DNA of 64,000 nucleotides, taken from NCBI RefSeq assembly GCF_006345805.1, contig NC_042997.1, positions 143,530,001 through 143,594,000 of the forward strand, given 5' to 3'. Below, piece after piece: positions 12,921-26,092 of the stretch. The notes beneath the pieces are model-generated. The model made no database searches. It saw only the letters and a program-made list of their open reading frames with translations, and was not told the origin of the DNA. Position numbers and translations under genes: made by a program. The DNA is from Octopus sinensis. Its lineage: Eukaryota. Position 1 is the stretch's first letter. The number at the start of each line of letters is the position of its first letter.

Positions 12921-13132
12921 ATAACCTTTGCACTTGATTTTTTAATGCTCTCTACTACCCCCATATTTGCGTGAGTTGAATTGAGCAAACCACTATTGAG
13001 AGAGGTTTTCTTTAAGTATTAGAATAGTTTTAAAAAAGGTTTTTTAGCTGCTATTTCTAATGAGTTCAGTATCGGCAAGTAATTTATTTTACTAAGCCCT
13101 TTTATATATATATATATATATATATATTTATA

Positions 13133-13178
<46 letters not shown>

Positions 13179-13230
13179 ATATATATATATATGTATAAGG
13201 TGAAAAGGAACACAGACGAGTTGGATATAT

Positions 13231-13886
13231 GAAAAAACAAGTCAAAAATAGAAAATGCTAAAATAATTTTATAGTGAACATTTCAGTACCGGTTTCGGTC
13301 ATTTTGAGACCTTTTCAACTGTAACGATAAATAATTAAATTTAGAAAAATTAGAAGAAAAGTTTTTTTTAAAGAATATTCTCTAATTTGGAGGATAGTGT
13401 TCAGATATAAGTGGCATTCTGCCTTTCTCTGACTCCCTTGTTTGCACTTGTGTGTTCGAGGTCGTTGGAAAAGTCTTAAAGTTTCGAGCCTGCGCTCTTC
13501 CATAGAAAGGAACACAGAAAGAAACAAGGAGAGAAAATAAAGAATGTGTAGTGGCTAGCGATCTATCATGGCGTACATTGCCTTAACCAGCCGAAATTGC
13601 AAAGATAATCTGGAACTCGACTGAGGATAGAACACTCCGAACGACCCGTCCAAGAAGAGAACACACAAGTGCAAACAAGGGAGTCAGAGAAAGGCAGAAT
13701 GCCACTTATATCTGAACACTATCCTCCAAATATAGAAATATTCCTTTAAAAAAACTTTTCTTCTAATTTTTCTAAATTTAATTATTTAATCGTTACAGTT
13801 GAAAAGGTCTCAAAATGACCGAAACCGGTACTGAAATGTTCACTATAAAATTATTTTAGCATTTTCTATTTTTGACTTGTTTTTTC
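13231..13886. repeat. Inverted repeat, arms about 227 bp (13231-13457 and 13659-13886) enclosing an element D fragment; third direct copy at 14653-14866
   Basis: CAAGTGCAAACAAGGGAGTCAGAG...GAAACCGGTACTG...GACTTGTTTTTTC in both orientations. Confidence 0.9.
13796..13833 (+). ncRNA. Hammerhead-like motif with variant core (identical copies at 14774-14811 plus, 13284-13321 minus)
   Basis: CAG-TTGAAAA-GGTC tcaaaat GACC-GAAACCGGTA-CTG. Helices I and II and the ACCGGT palindrome are intact; the core has C3U and G8A changes. Confidence 0.5.
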
Positions 13887-13904
13887 CAAAACAGAAAAAT
13901 AGCT

Positions 13905-14060
13905 TTTAGCCACAACATAGATACTTGCGCCAACAAAAAACACCAAACTTCAAGAATTTTCCCCCTCTACTACCAATTTAGGGAACGATACAACCTCGAG
14001 ACAACGAATAAGTAAAGAAAATCTCTTTATTACAAATACAAGCCACTTCTTAACGGTCTA
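13905..14060 (+). pseudogene. Penelope-like GIY-YIG C-terminal remnant
   Basis: Frameshifted translation approx. FSHNIDTCANKKTPNFKIFPLY...NDTTSRQRISKENLFITKYKPLLN, typical of a PLE ORF end. Confidence 0.5.
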
Positions 14061-14865
14061 CGACAAACAATTAATATACCTCACGTTTAGAATAAAAGAA
14101 AAAAATATATATATACACACAAAATACTACACTCAATAGAATCCATTACTAATCAGCCCCTTCATAGCTATATTTACATTCATATTCTCCCTTCTCTGTT
14201 TTTTCTTCTTCTTCTTCTTCCTCTTCTTCTTCATCATCATCGTTATCATCATCATCGGCATCATCATCATCGCCCACCATCATCACCACCATCTTCTCCT
14301 TCTCCTCCTTCTTCTTCTTCTTCTTCTTCATCATCATCGTTATCATCATCATCGTCGTCATAATCTCACCACCATCACCATCATCGTCATCTTTTCTCCC
14401 TCTCCTTCTCCTCTCTTCTTCTTCCTTCTTCTTCTTCTTCTCCCTCTCCACCCCCTACCCCTTAAGTTTGTCACTAATGTTTTTTAGTATAACACCTACG
14501 CTAATTCTATAAAGAAGCCTGTCAATATAAATATTCTCCTGAATTGAACTGAGACTGCCAGCCCGCCACTGACCATTCAAAATACGACCATCAGGGCACT
14601 CCCAGATTCTCCACCCCCCCCTCTTCCTCACCAGCCTTCTCTCTACTACCCTACAAGTGCAACAAGGGAGTCAGAGAAAGGCAGAATGCCACTTAAATCT
14701 GAACACTACTATAGAAATATTCTTTTAAAAAAACTTTTCTTTAATTTTTCTAAATTTAATTATTTAATCGTTACAGTTGAAAAGGTCTCAAAATGACCGA
14801 AACCGGTACTGAAATGTTCACTATAAAATTATTTTAGCATTTTCTATTTTTTACTTGTTTTTTTT

Positions 14866-16096
<1,231 letters not shown>

Positions 16097-16097
<1 letters not shown>

Positions 16098-17133
16098 CTT
16101 AGAAAGGTTTTGGCCAGTATTGGCCCAGGCCATGTCTAACTTAATAGCCCACCTGGCGAAGTCTTTCAGTTCAGGATTTGGGCACCAAGGCCCATTCGAG
16201 CAGAGAGTTATTGTTTGCGGAGACATATCCGGGTGTGGGTGGTTTGTCCGGTACTGTTTGAAGGAATTTGTCCAAAGACTTCTTGAATTTTTGTGTGGTC
16301 ATTTTCTTTTTTTGACGTGTCCTGGTGTAATGTTGAAGAGAGCAGGTCCAAATGAGGTGAAATAGTTGTGCCGTATTGTCGTTATGTGATGCGATTTAGA
16401 TTTTGTTGTGGACGGATGGAACGTGGTCCAAGCCTTGGATGCATTTTGAAGGTGATGCCAACATCATTCGGACAGTGCTGATGGAATATTTCCACATCAT
16501 ACAGATAATGTAGCGTTCACGGCGTCGTTGGAGTGAATACAATTTCAGCTTCTCTAGTCTACCCCAGTAGTCAAGGTCTGACATGCCATCTATCTTTTTT
16601 GTGATTGACCTTTGGGGAGCTTCAATTCTCATAATATTTTGTTTGTGTAGGGAGACCACAGTGGACAGCAGTATTCAAGGTGGGGTCGGGCAAAAGTGGA
16701 GAAAGAGAAGGTAATAGCGTGGGAATCTCTCGACTGGAAGGTTCTGAGAATCCAGGAACACATTCTGCGGGCCATGTCAACTTTGCTGCTTATATGTGTA
16801 GCCCAGCTTATGTTGTTGTCCACTGTTACTACTCCCAGGTCTCTGATGTTGTTGGATGCCATGAGAATTTCTCCAGAAGGAAGAGAGTATGGGAGTTTCA
16901 GAGCGTCCTCCTTTCCAAAGTGGATCAGTTCGAATTTGTCTTCATTTAGCAACATGTTATTCTTTTCCGCCCATTGACAACAGCCAGTAGGTCTGACTGA
17001 AGGTTTATTCGGTCATCCACGCCATTGATGACCTTCTGGAGCTTGGAATCATCAGCGAAGGTTCTGATGTTGCTGTGTTTGATGGTGTCAGTAATATCAT
17101 TTATGTAGATGATGAAGAGAAGTGGCCCAACAC
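16097..17133 (-). mobile_element. 5'-truncated CR1/L2-clade LINE (RT C-terminal half to 3' end), frameshifted
   Basis: GPLLFIIYINDITDTIKHSNIRTFADDSKL; NMLLNEDKFELIHFG; RDLGV; RPHLEYCCPLWSP; RLEKLKLYSLQRRRERY. Confidence 0.92.
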
Positions 17134-18037
17134 AAATCCTTAAATCCTTAAAAATGTTTTAGCCCGAAGGCCGCGGCCATGCTGGGGCACCACCGCTGAA
17201 TGAGCTACACACTAGTTTGTGAATCCACCTCTGATACGTGGCACTGATCAACAAGGAGTTCGATGCTGCTGGCCCCCATCCGTGTCTCCTGTCGTGAGGT
17301 AGGTTCATCTGGGACTCCCAACAAGAAGAGATCCAGTTTAGTTTTAAAGAAACCCACATCCACACCATGTAAGTCTCTCAGGCATTTAGGGAGGATGTTA
17401 AAGAGCTGTGGTCCTCTGAAACCCAAGCTGTTGCAGTATCTGGACCTGTATTTTGATGGTGATGTTGGATTCCTTGGCACCACGCAGCAGCGCCCCGTTC
17501 TGCGGTTGGAGTAACTTTGAATGCCAAAGTTTGGGACAAGACCCTCCAGGATTTTCCAGATGTATATCACTGCATATCTCTCCCCCCCTCCGCTCCAGGG
17601 AGAAGAGGTTTAATACCTTCAGTCTTTCCCAGTAGCTGACATTTTGCATTGAGACGATTTCTTTGTGTAGCTTCTCTGAGTTGCTTCGAGTTCTGCTGTT
17701 TGTTTTATATTGTGTGGTGACCAAAGTTGGGAGCAGTAGTCCAAGCGGCTGAGGACAAATGTTTTCCATAGGACCATCATGTCTCCTTCTTCTTTTGTTC
17801 TGAAAGTTCGGAGAATCCATCCAGCTAGCCGTCTGCATTTTATCACCAGATTAGCAATATGCATTTGGAAAGATGCATCATTGCTCATGTCAATGCCCAG
17901 GTCACGCACTGATTTTGACTCAGGGATTGCAATTCTTCCTGGGCCAGTGTATCCAGTCTTCACGTCATTTACCTTTGTGTGCCAGTAGCGCAGGGCCTGG
18001 ACTTACCTGCATTAAACTGCATGTTGTTGTCCCTCCC
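17134..18037 (-). mobile_element. Second, distinct 5'-truncated CR1/L2-clade LINE with intact 3' tail
   Basis: NNMQFNAGK; VRDLGIDMS; VLSRLDYCSQLWSP; GPQLFNILPK; tail ends with repeated TTAAGGAT. Confidence 0.92.
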
Positions 18038-18077
18038 ATATATGTACACATATATATATGTACACAACACATATATA

Positions 18078-18119
<42 letters not shown>

Positions 18120-18135
18120 ACACATATATATATGT

Positions 18136-18171
<36 letters not shown>

Positions 18172-18600
18172 TTACAGTACACAATATATATGTACAGATA
18201 TATATATTACACATATATATTATATGTACACATATATATATATGTACACACATATATATATATGTACACATATATATATATATGTACACACATATATATG
18301 TACACATATATATATGTACACATATATATATATGTACATATATATATACACATATATATATATGTACCCATATGTATATATGTACATATATATATATATG
18401 TACACATATATATATGTACACATATATATATATATGTACACATATATATATATATATGTACACATATATATATATATGTACACATATATATATGTACACA
18501 TATATATGTACACATATATATATATGTACACATATATATATGTACACATAAATATATATGTACACATATATATATGTACACACATATATATATGATGCAT
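18038..18600. repeat. (TA)n/ATGTACAC compound array, same type as 15620-16050
   Basis: Direct inspection. Confidence 0.95.
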
Positions 18601-18763
18601 ATATATTTATGTATTGTAATTTAATTGTTGATTTTGAATTGATAAAAGGTTTTTTTTCTAATATTTTATATATATATTTATTTGTGTGAAATTTGATTTA
18701 TTATTTCTAAATTGAATTTTTTCCTTGTAAGTTTGGATTTTATTCCCTCAATTAATAAATATA

Positions 18764-18833
<70 letters not shown>

Positions 18834-19329
18834 TATATATATGTCTTTATATATGTGTATGTATATGTATATGCATATATATATATATATATATAATATA
18901 TATTATATATATATATTATATATATATATGGATATATATATATTTATCTATTTATATACATATACATACAGGCATGTATAGATACGCACACGCCTGCGCA
19001 CGCACACACACACATTCCTTGTTAGCTTTTCAATGCTTCCTACATAAAGTATGCCAACAGGAACTTAACTATTGTGTTTTTCCCGCAGATGGCGTCTTCG
19101 ATTTATTTATTCCCTAAACTATTCCGTACCATAGTCTACTACACTGTAATCAAATAAATGCAACACGCTTCATAACACACAGATATGCAGATTAATGTAC
19201 TAATCTCTCTGGCTGAATAAATTGCTGAAGTTAACAGCTTTTCTCGATAATTCCATCTGAACTTGATAATAATTGAAGTCATGTTACCATGGCAATTGCA
19301 ACACGAATTTGCCCAGCTTACTGTAAATT

Positions 19330-19519
19330 TCACTGCATCATCATCATCATCGTCATGATCACCCTCCCCACCTCGTCGTTGGAGTCGTCGTCATTGTCAT
19401 CATTCCTTTGGTCTTGATGAGTGGATGCAACACATGCATTGTATTTATGGAAATGTATTAGTGTTAATGGTATTTGCGGCATGCTGGTTGTAGTGGTGTT
19501 ATTGTTATCGATGGTGATG

Positions 19520-19551
<32 letters not shown>

Positions 19552-19850
19552 GTTGGTGATGACGATAATGACGACGACGATGATGATATTGTTGTTGATG
19601 ATAGTGATAATGATGACGCCGCCGATGATAACGATGACGATAATGGTGGTGATTATGATGATGACGACGATGATTATGATAAATATGATGATGATTACGA
19701 TGATGATGAAGATAATGATGACGACGACGATGATGATGTCAACGACGCTGACAATGACGCTGACAATGATGATGATAATGTCGATTACGATAACGATGAT
19801 GATGCTAATGTTTGTGTGAATGATGATGAATGAATGATGACAACGATGAC
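19330..19850. repeat. Degenerate (GAT/GAC/CAT)n trinucleotide tract
   Basis: Direct inspection. Confidence 0.85.
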
Positions 19851-20130
19851 AATGTTTTAGTGATACAAACACACATGTGGACACGCAATGTATATGATAT
19901 ACTTTGTGAACTACTATTCGTGTGCGAACGCCTCCCTTGCCACAAAAATGCAGGCGTGGCTACGAGCATACGTGACTGGGTGGTTAGAAGTTTGCATCTC
20001 AACCAACATGGTTCCGGGTTCAGTCCCACTGCGTCTCACACTTGGGCAAGTGTCTATTATAACCCTGAGCCGACCAAAGCCATATGAGTGAATTTAGTAG
20101 ACGGAAACTGAAAGAAGCCAGTCTGATATA

Positions 20131-20195
<65 letters not shown>

Positions 20196-20413
20196 ACCGT
20201 TATTTAAAATAATGATCATATCGAGTGGCCAGTATGGGGAAAAAAATTCTTATAGGTAATCATTATTATTAAAATTATAATGAAGAGTATCAAATGGGAT
20301 ACCACCATGCTAGATATAGCAGTCTAAACCTGATTCTAAAATCACATCAAGTATTCACACAGCCCCGGTGAAAAGATAAATGAAGAAATAAACTATCAAG
20401 AGATTAATGGATA

Positions 20414-20469
20414 ATCTCAGATCGCTATTTCTGGCTATGCATTAATATGCTCTACCTCATCAGTGAGAT
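20414..20469 (-). ncRNA. Minimal type I hammerhead ribozyme motif, partly decayed helix II
   Basis: ATCTCA-CTGATGA-GGTAGA GCAT atta ATGC ATAGCCA-GAAA-TAGCGATC-TGAGAT. Helix I 6 bp, AUC triplet. Confidence 0.6.
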
Positions 20470-21289
20470 ATACCAACATTAGTACATAATTGCAAATATA
20501 TATATACATACAACATACGAATACTGTGCTGTATGAAAACATGATGTAGTCTTAGAGTCAGTTTTGACTGCTGTATCTAGCATGGTGGTATCCGTTTTGA
20601 TACCCTTAATTATAATTTTATATTTGGCACCTAAAAAAACAAAAAAACAAAACAAAAAATATCGATTTCATAATTCAATGGAAAATTGTAACTTTTGCAC
20701 TTCTTACAAAATTAACAATAAATTCTGTAGATTATGCCTAGAAGAAAACAATAAAATAATGAATATGAAAGGGAACCTAGTAAATATGAGGAATGAAAAA
20801 GTTTTTTCATGTAAACCCGTGACTAATCTAAAAAAAAAAGTAGTGGTGATTCCAAAACGAAGGTGCGCGTGGGTATGTATGTGAGAGTGTGTATGTGCGT
20901 GTGGAAGGGTGGTGGTGACATTGACGTGTGCATGTGTAAGTGTGCGGATGATGGTGTAGGTGCTGGGAAGTGGTCAGTGCTAGTGTGTGCAGGGTGGTGT
21001 GTGATGTGGTGTGGTATGGTGGTGTGTGGCGTGGTGGTGTGTGGCGTGGTGGTGTGGTGGTGTGTGGTGTGGTGGTGTGTGGTGTGGTGTGGTCGTGTTG
21101 GGGTGTGGGGGAGGCGAGAGTGGTGGAAGCAAGGATGGGGTATAAGAGATGGGGTGTGGGTGGGAATGGATATATAGGGATGGTGGGTCTGGAATGTGTA
21201 GGAGTGGGGTAACGAGAGAGGAGGTGACGATGAAGGGAGAGGGTGGAAAAGGTGGGTAGGTGCGAAGAGAGAAAGTAAGTACCAGAGCA

Positions 21290-22175
21290 AGAGAGGAGAG
21301 GTGGGTGGGAGGAAGTAGGTGCGAGAGGAAGAGAGGAGGAGAGTTGAACCCATATGGCGCAAAGGAGCGAAGAAAGAAGATTAATCCCTGCTCACGGCGA
21401 AGACGGGAGTCCGGATGACTCCTGTGCAAGGACAATCCGAACACAGACAGGTGTTGTAAAGAGTGACCGGTAGAGCAGAAATGGCGCGAGACCGGGGTGT
21501 CGTTGCCGAGTCGGATGTCTCGGAGGTGTTCTATGAACCGGTTAGCCAAGCGACGTCCCGTTTGACCGATGTATAGAGAAAGACAGAGAAGTGCAGGTGA
21601 AGGAGTCAGTGATATGATAGGGTCGATGATGAGTGCCTGTGAGGAGGGTGGTGTTGAAGAGGTAAGGAGAAGTGCAGCAGCGTGGGCGGGAGCAGGGGAA
21701 CGAGCCGGGTTGGGAGGCTGGAAGAACCTGTGAACCAAGGGAAGAAGCTGTTGACCAAGACGTCTCGTAGGTTGAGAGCTCGTTTGAAGGAGGGGATGGG
21801 TCGGTTAGGGAAGATGTGTGAGGTGGAAGGGTCGGACTCGAGTCGCCGGAAGGCTAGGACAATTGTGCGTCGGAGAGGTAGGGTGGTGGGGTGGTAGGTG
21901 AGGGGAAACGGGAGACGGGTGACGGCAGAGCGGGTGCGGGGGGGGGAAGAGCAGATGCACGGTCCACGGAACGTGCTCTGGCAAGGGCGGTGTGGATAGT
22001 GGTGAGAGGATATCCACGTAGGATGAAGTGGCGAGCCAAGAGTTGAGACTGAGTCTGAAAGTCATGGTTGTCACTGCAGAGCCTGCGTAGAGGGAGGAAT
22101 TGGGAATAGGGGATGGAAAGCTTGGTGTGTTTAGGGTGAGAGGAGGAGAAGTTGAGGTATGAGTGTGAGTCTAAT
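21290..22175 (-). mobile_element. Penelope-like retroelement fragment: RT thumb + linker + GIY-YIG endonuclease, frameshifted
   Basis: DSHSYLNFSSSHPKHTKLSIPYSQFLPLRRLCSD...RGYP; LYIGQTGRRLANRFIEHLRDIR...VSRHF...RLRREQGLIFFLRSFAPYGFN. Confidence 0.9.
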
Positions 22176-22319
22176 TCAAATTACGATAAAATTAACAAAG
22201 TTTGCTTTAGAAGCGTTGAGATGGAAATAATTTTATTCTCACACGCAAAATATACGTAGTTTATCCTGTTCATGCTATATTATTAACTCTGTCTGGCGTT
22301 TGAGAATAAAATTATTTCC

Positions 22320-22410
<91 letters not shown>

Positions 22411-22459
22411 CCTACCTACCTACCTACCTACCTACCTACCTACCTACCTACCTACCTAC

Positions 22460-22502
<43 letters not shown>

Positions 22503-22530
22503 GCTGTCTGTCTGTCTGTCTGTCTATCTA
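22320..22530. repeat. (TATC)n/(TACC)n/(TGTC)n compound microsatellite
   Basis: Direct inspection. Confidence 0.95.
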
Positions 22531-22698
22531 TCTCGTGAAGTATATTTGCCACCTAAATGTGGCGGACCTATTGGAGATGATGCTACTGTTTATAGTCACA
22601 GGACGACATCTCCTCCAGGTGGCTAACGACATACTGTCTGTGTCTGATCAGTATTTGCGAAGGGAAATCATCGTTCCTATCTCTAGCCTTACGTGATA

Positions 22699-22744
22699 CA
22701 CACAGACCCGGGTTTCGTGATAGGTAACCCGTCATCAGCGTGTG
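22699..22744 (-). ncRNA. Minimal type I hammerhead ribozyme motif, mismatched helix II
   Basis: CACACG-CTGATGA-CGGGTTACCTATCAC-GAAACCCGGGTC-TGTGTG. Helix I 6 bp, palindrome ACCCGGGT, GUC triplet. Confidence 0.7.
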
Positions 22745-23589
22745 ACAATCACTAGCTAGCGATGAGAACTCATTTCAAATGTAAAATACTATATGCTTTT
22801 ACCAGTGACAAACTGTCGCTGATCTCGAAAAAGGAGAAACAAGCAATAATAAATCTCTGAGTGAGACGTAAACAGTAACAGCATGCACTTACTTTAATGT
22901 AATATAAATTCATTTCTAATTGTTAAATGGGAATACTTTGCATATACATATATCTATGTGTGCATGTTAGCTGGCAGATATATTTGCACGTATGTATGGA
23001 AGAATATATGGGTATATATAACATATACCTAAGTGTCATGTTATACTTTCCACTACACATATATATATACATTTTTATAATTTTTATAATTTTTGCAATT
23101 TTTATAAACTTTATGAATTAATTCTATAATTTATCTTAATAACTAAGTTTTATAATTTTATAATTATTCTTATAATTATTTTTATTAAAATGTTTATAAT
23201 ATTTATTAAAGGTGCATCAGCATGGCCGCAGCTCTGAGCTGAAACTTAAAAAAAAAAGAAAAAATAAATTTTTATAATTTTTGTAATTTTTATAACGTAT
23301 ATATGTTTTTTTATAATGTATATATGTACGTATCTAAACTTATATGGCCATATATACATTCAGGCCTATATGTAAACATTATTTACGAGCATAAGTATAC
23401 TATGTCCAAGTATTCCATGTATAAGGTTATATACAATGGTATTGATGTGTATGGGTTTGTAAATGTTAGTATATATATTTGTATGTATACGTACATATTT
23501 ATCCATGTTTTTCTATGTACAAAGTCGTTTGTATATGTATATATGGTTGTATGGGTACGTATAAGGTATGTAAGAAACATAATTTTAAG

Positions 23590-23940
23590 TGTACATAACC
23601 ATCTACATATGATGTCAATCTATTTACTTTTTATTATAAAAAATATGACCCCATTTTCCCCTTAATTGTTATCTCCCCTACACTACATAAATATCTAACT
23701 TTATTTTTTTAGCTTTCTCTACAATTATAAACAACCCTTTTTGATATTATTAAACATAATTTTTCTTTACCGCTCCATAGATAATTATATACGTTTTGTA
23801 GTGGATAGAGTAAGTAAATTCCCTCTCATCTTCAATAGTTTGTATTTTTTATTTTTATTTCTATTTTTTATTAACCATCCTTTAGTATCTACCTCTTCAA
23901 ATATTTTTCTAAAATGTTGACTAGATAATACATTCCGTAA
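23590..23940 (-). pseudogene. Possible very old RLE-type (R2/NeSL-like) non-LTR retrotransposon remnant
   Basis: LLKMRGNLLTLSTTKR...KKGC... loosely resembles the region before the CCHC finger; many stops. Confidence 0.25.
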
Positions 23941-24376
23941 TATTACACTTATTTTTTTCTATAAAAGTTAGACTTATTATTTACAATAAACAATTTAATT
24001 ATAAATTTTATAAACCTGTAACTATTAATGATTACTATTAAACATTTTTTTTCTAATTACTGATTAACTGACGGTTAAATATAAATCTTAGTCCCTTGTA
24101 TTTGAAATTCTTTATTTGCTTTACTTCCTTATTTGGGTTTTCCTTTTGCCTTAAAATACAGCCTCACCAGTTATTTACTGCTTTTATGGGAGTTTAAAGT
24201 AGCTCATATATAGAAATTTATGGAGAGAATGTTAGCCTTTAATATTTCATTATTATTATATATATCAGTACCCAAGTTTTATTTTTTAGTCTTGTTTAAA
24301 TGGACATGACTCCAAGAACAATAACACATTGCAAAATGATTAATTACACCATACCTATGTAATTTTAGTTTTTTCA

Positions 24377-24455
24377 GCTACCGAGAGTACTCTATGACAA
24401 CTCAGATTCTTAAATATGAATTTCTTGTCATTCTGTTATGAAACAATTGTATAGC
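24377..24455 (+). ncRNA. Decayed hammerhead ribozyme motif
   Basis: GCTA-CCGAGA-GTAC..ATGACAA..TTGTCAT..GTTAT-GAAACAATTGTA-TAGC. Helix I 4 bp, palindrome ACAATTGT, broken core. Confidence 0.45.
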
Positions 24456-24595
24456 GACACGAATAAACAAAATTATCATCCATATTAACATCTAATCTTC
24501 TCCATTTATGTAAGTATGAACAATCTGGTTGAACTCTGTTTAATAAGTTAAATCATATACTTAATACTTACACACACACATTTATATACAGTACA

Positions 24596-24716
<121 letters not shown>

Positions 24717-24744
24717 TTGTATGTGTGTGTGTGTGTGTGTGTCT

Positions 24745-25045
24745 GATCACCGTGACCGACCAGGCTATCAAATGTTCCTACACATCGCTGGTCACAATGC
24801 GTTTCGCATTGTTTTAGCCTTCAAATGACGCCACCCCGCTGGCTAAGCGAGCAGGCCAACAGAAGAAAGAGTGAAAGGAAGTTGCGGCGAAAGAGTACAA
24901 CAGGGGTCGCCACCGACCCTTGTCGGAGCCTCGTGGAGCTTTAGGTGTTTTCGCTCAATAAACACTCACAAAGCCCGGTCTGGGAATCGAAGCCGTATCG
25001 TATGACCGCGAGTCCACTGCCCTAACCACTGGGCCATTGCGCCTC

Positions 25046-25046
<1 letters not shown>
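24745..25046 (-). mobile_element. tRNA-derived SINE (family C subtype, GGAGGCGCAATGGCCCAGTGGTTAGGG head)
   Basis: Head and body shared with 26671-27050; different 3' tail. Confidence 0.8.
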
Positions 25047-25089
<43 letters not shown>

Positions 25090-25232
25090 CGTACATATAT
25101 ATACATAAATACATTATACACACACACACATATATATACATACATATATATATAAATGCATTATATATATGTGTGTATATATATACACATATACACATAC
25201 ATACACATACATATATATATAAATACATTATG

Positions 25233-25288
<56 letters not shown>

Positions 25289-25728
25289 ATGGTGAAGTAG
25301 TATTTCATGAATTTTAATTTACAGTTTGATTTAAATACAGCTTAATATTGATCTACATATGTTTCCACTGCATCAGTTAGTAACTGTTGCATTTGACACT
25401 AAACTTTTTCACTGATTTGTTCAACAGCAAAACTAATTAAAATTAGTTCTTCCTGTCTCATAATCTTTCTTACTGATCAATTAGCTTTGAAGTGTTTCAT
25501 TGAAAAATATATAGTTGAAACGTAACGACAATATATCTCAGTTGCCACTCGCTATAATGTATGATGACTGTAGCAAAAATGGCTTTCTTTCTCGTACACT
25601 CCACCTGATTTATTTTAGGTGCTCATGGAGATAATGCAGCGCGTAACCGTAGACTCTATCCAGTCCTTCGCGCTCTCGGCCATGTCAAAATATCAAAGAC
25701 GTAACAGATGGAAGACGAGAAAACTGTA

Positions 25729-26079
25729 CAGTAGAAGCTCGCAGTACGAGAGCCCCATTATACGAATAATTTGCACTACAAGCCGAGACGAGTGCCAATT
25801 TTTGTCTTGAAGTACGAGCGGAAATCCGCAGTATGAGCACACGAATCGTCCCATCTTTAAGGTAATTCAGTTAATAAAACCAATTTACACATTTATTTTG
25901 CATTCTCTTTTTTATAATTGTCATTTTACTTGTAACTACACCTTTTCTGTTTTAAGACCCATAAAAAAATTATTTTTGAGTGTTTTTTGTGGGCTGGAAC
26001 GGATTAATTATATTTTAGTTAATTTCAATGACGAGCTTGATCATGGAACCAATTAAACTCGTACTGCGAGGTATCACTG
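25729..26079. mobile_element. Tigger/pogo-like MITE
   Basis: 22-bp imperfect TIRs CAGTAGAAGCTCGCAGTACGAG / CTCGTACTGCGAGGTATCACTG, flanked by TA on both sides. Confidence 0.8.
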
Positions 26080-26092
26080 TATTTATCTCACC

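Noticed and set aside
17040-17062. CTGATGA on the minus strand
   Set aside because: It is the FADD codons of the CR1 RT; likewise CTGACGAAAC near 45950 is Tc1 FTDET
19421-19884. Poly-Asp / poly-Met / poly-Ile ORFs
   Set aside because: All frames of one degenerate GAT/GAC repeat; no unique flanking coding sequence or splice context. 14149-14451 is similar.
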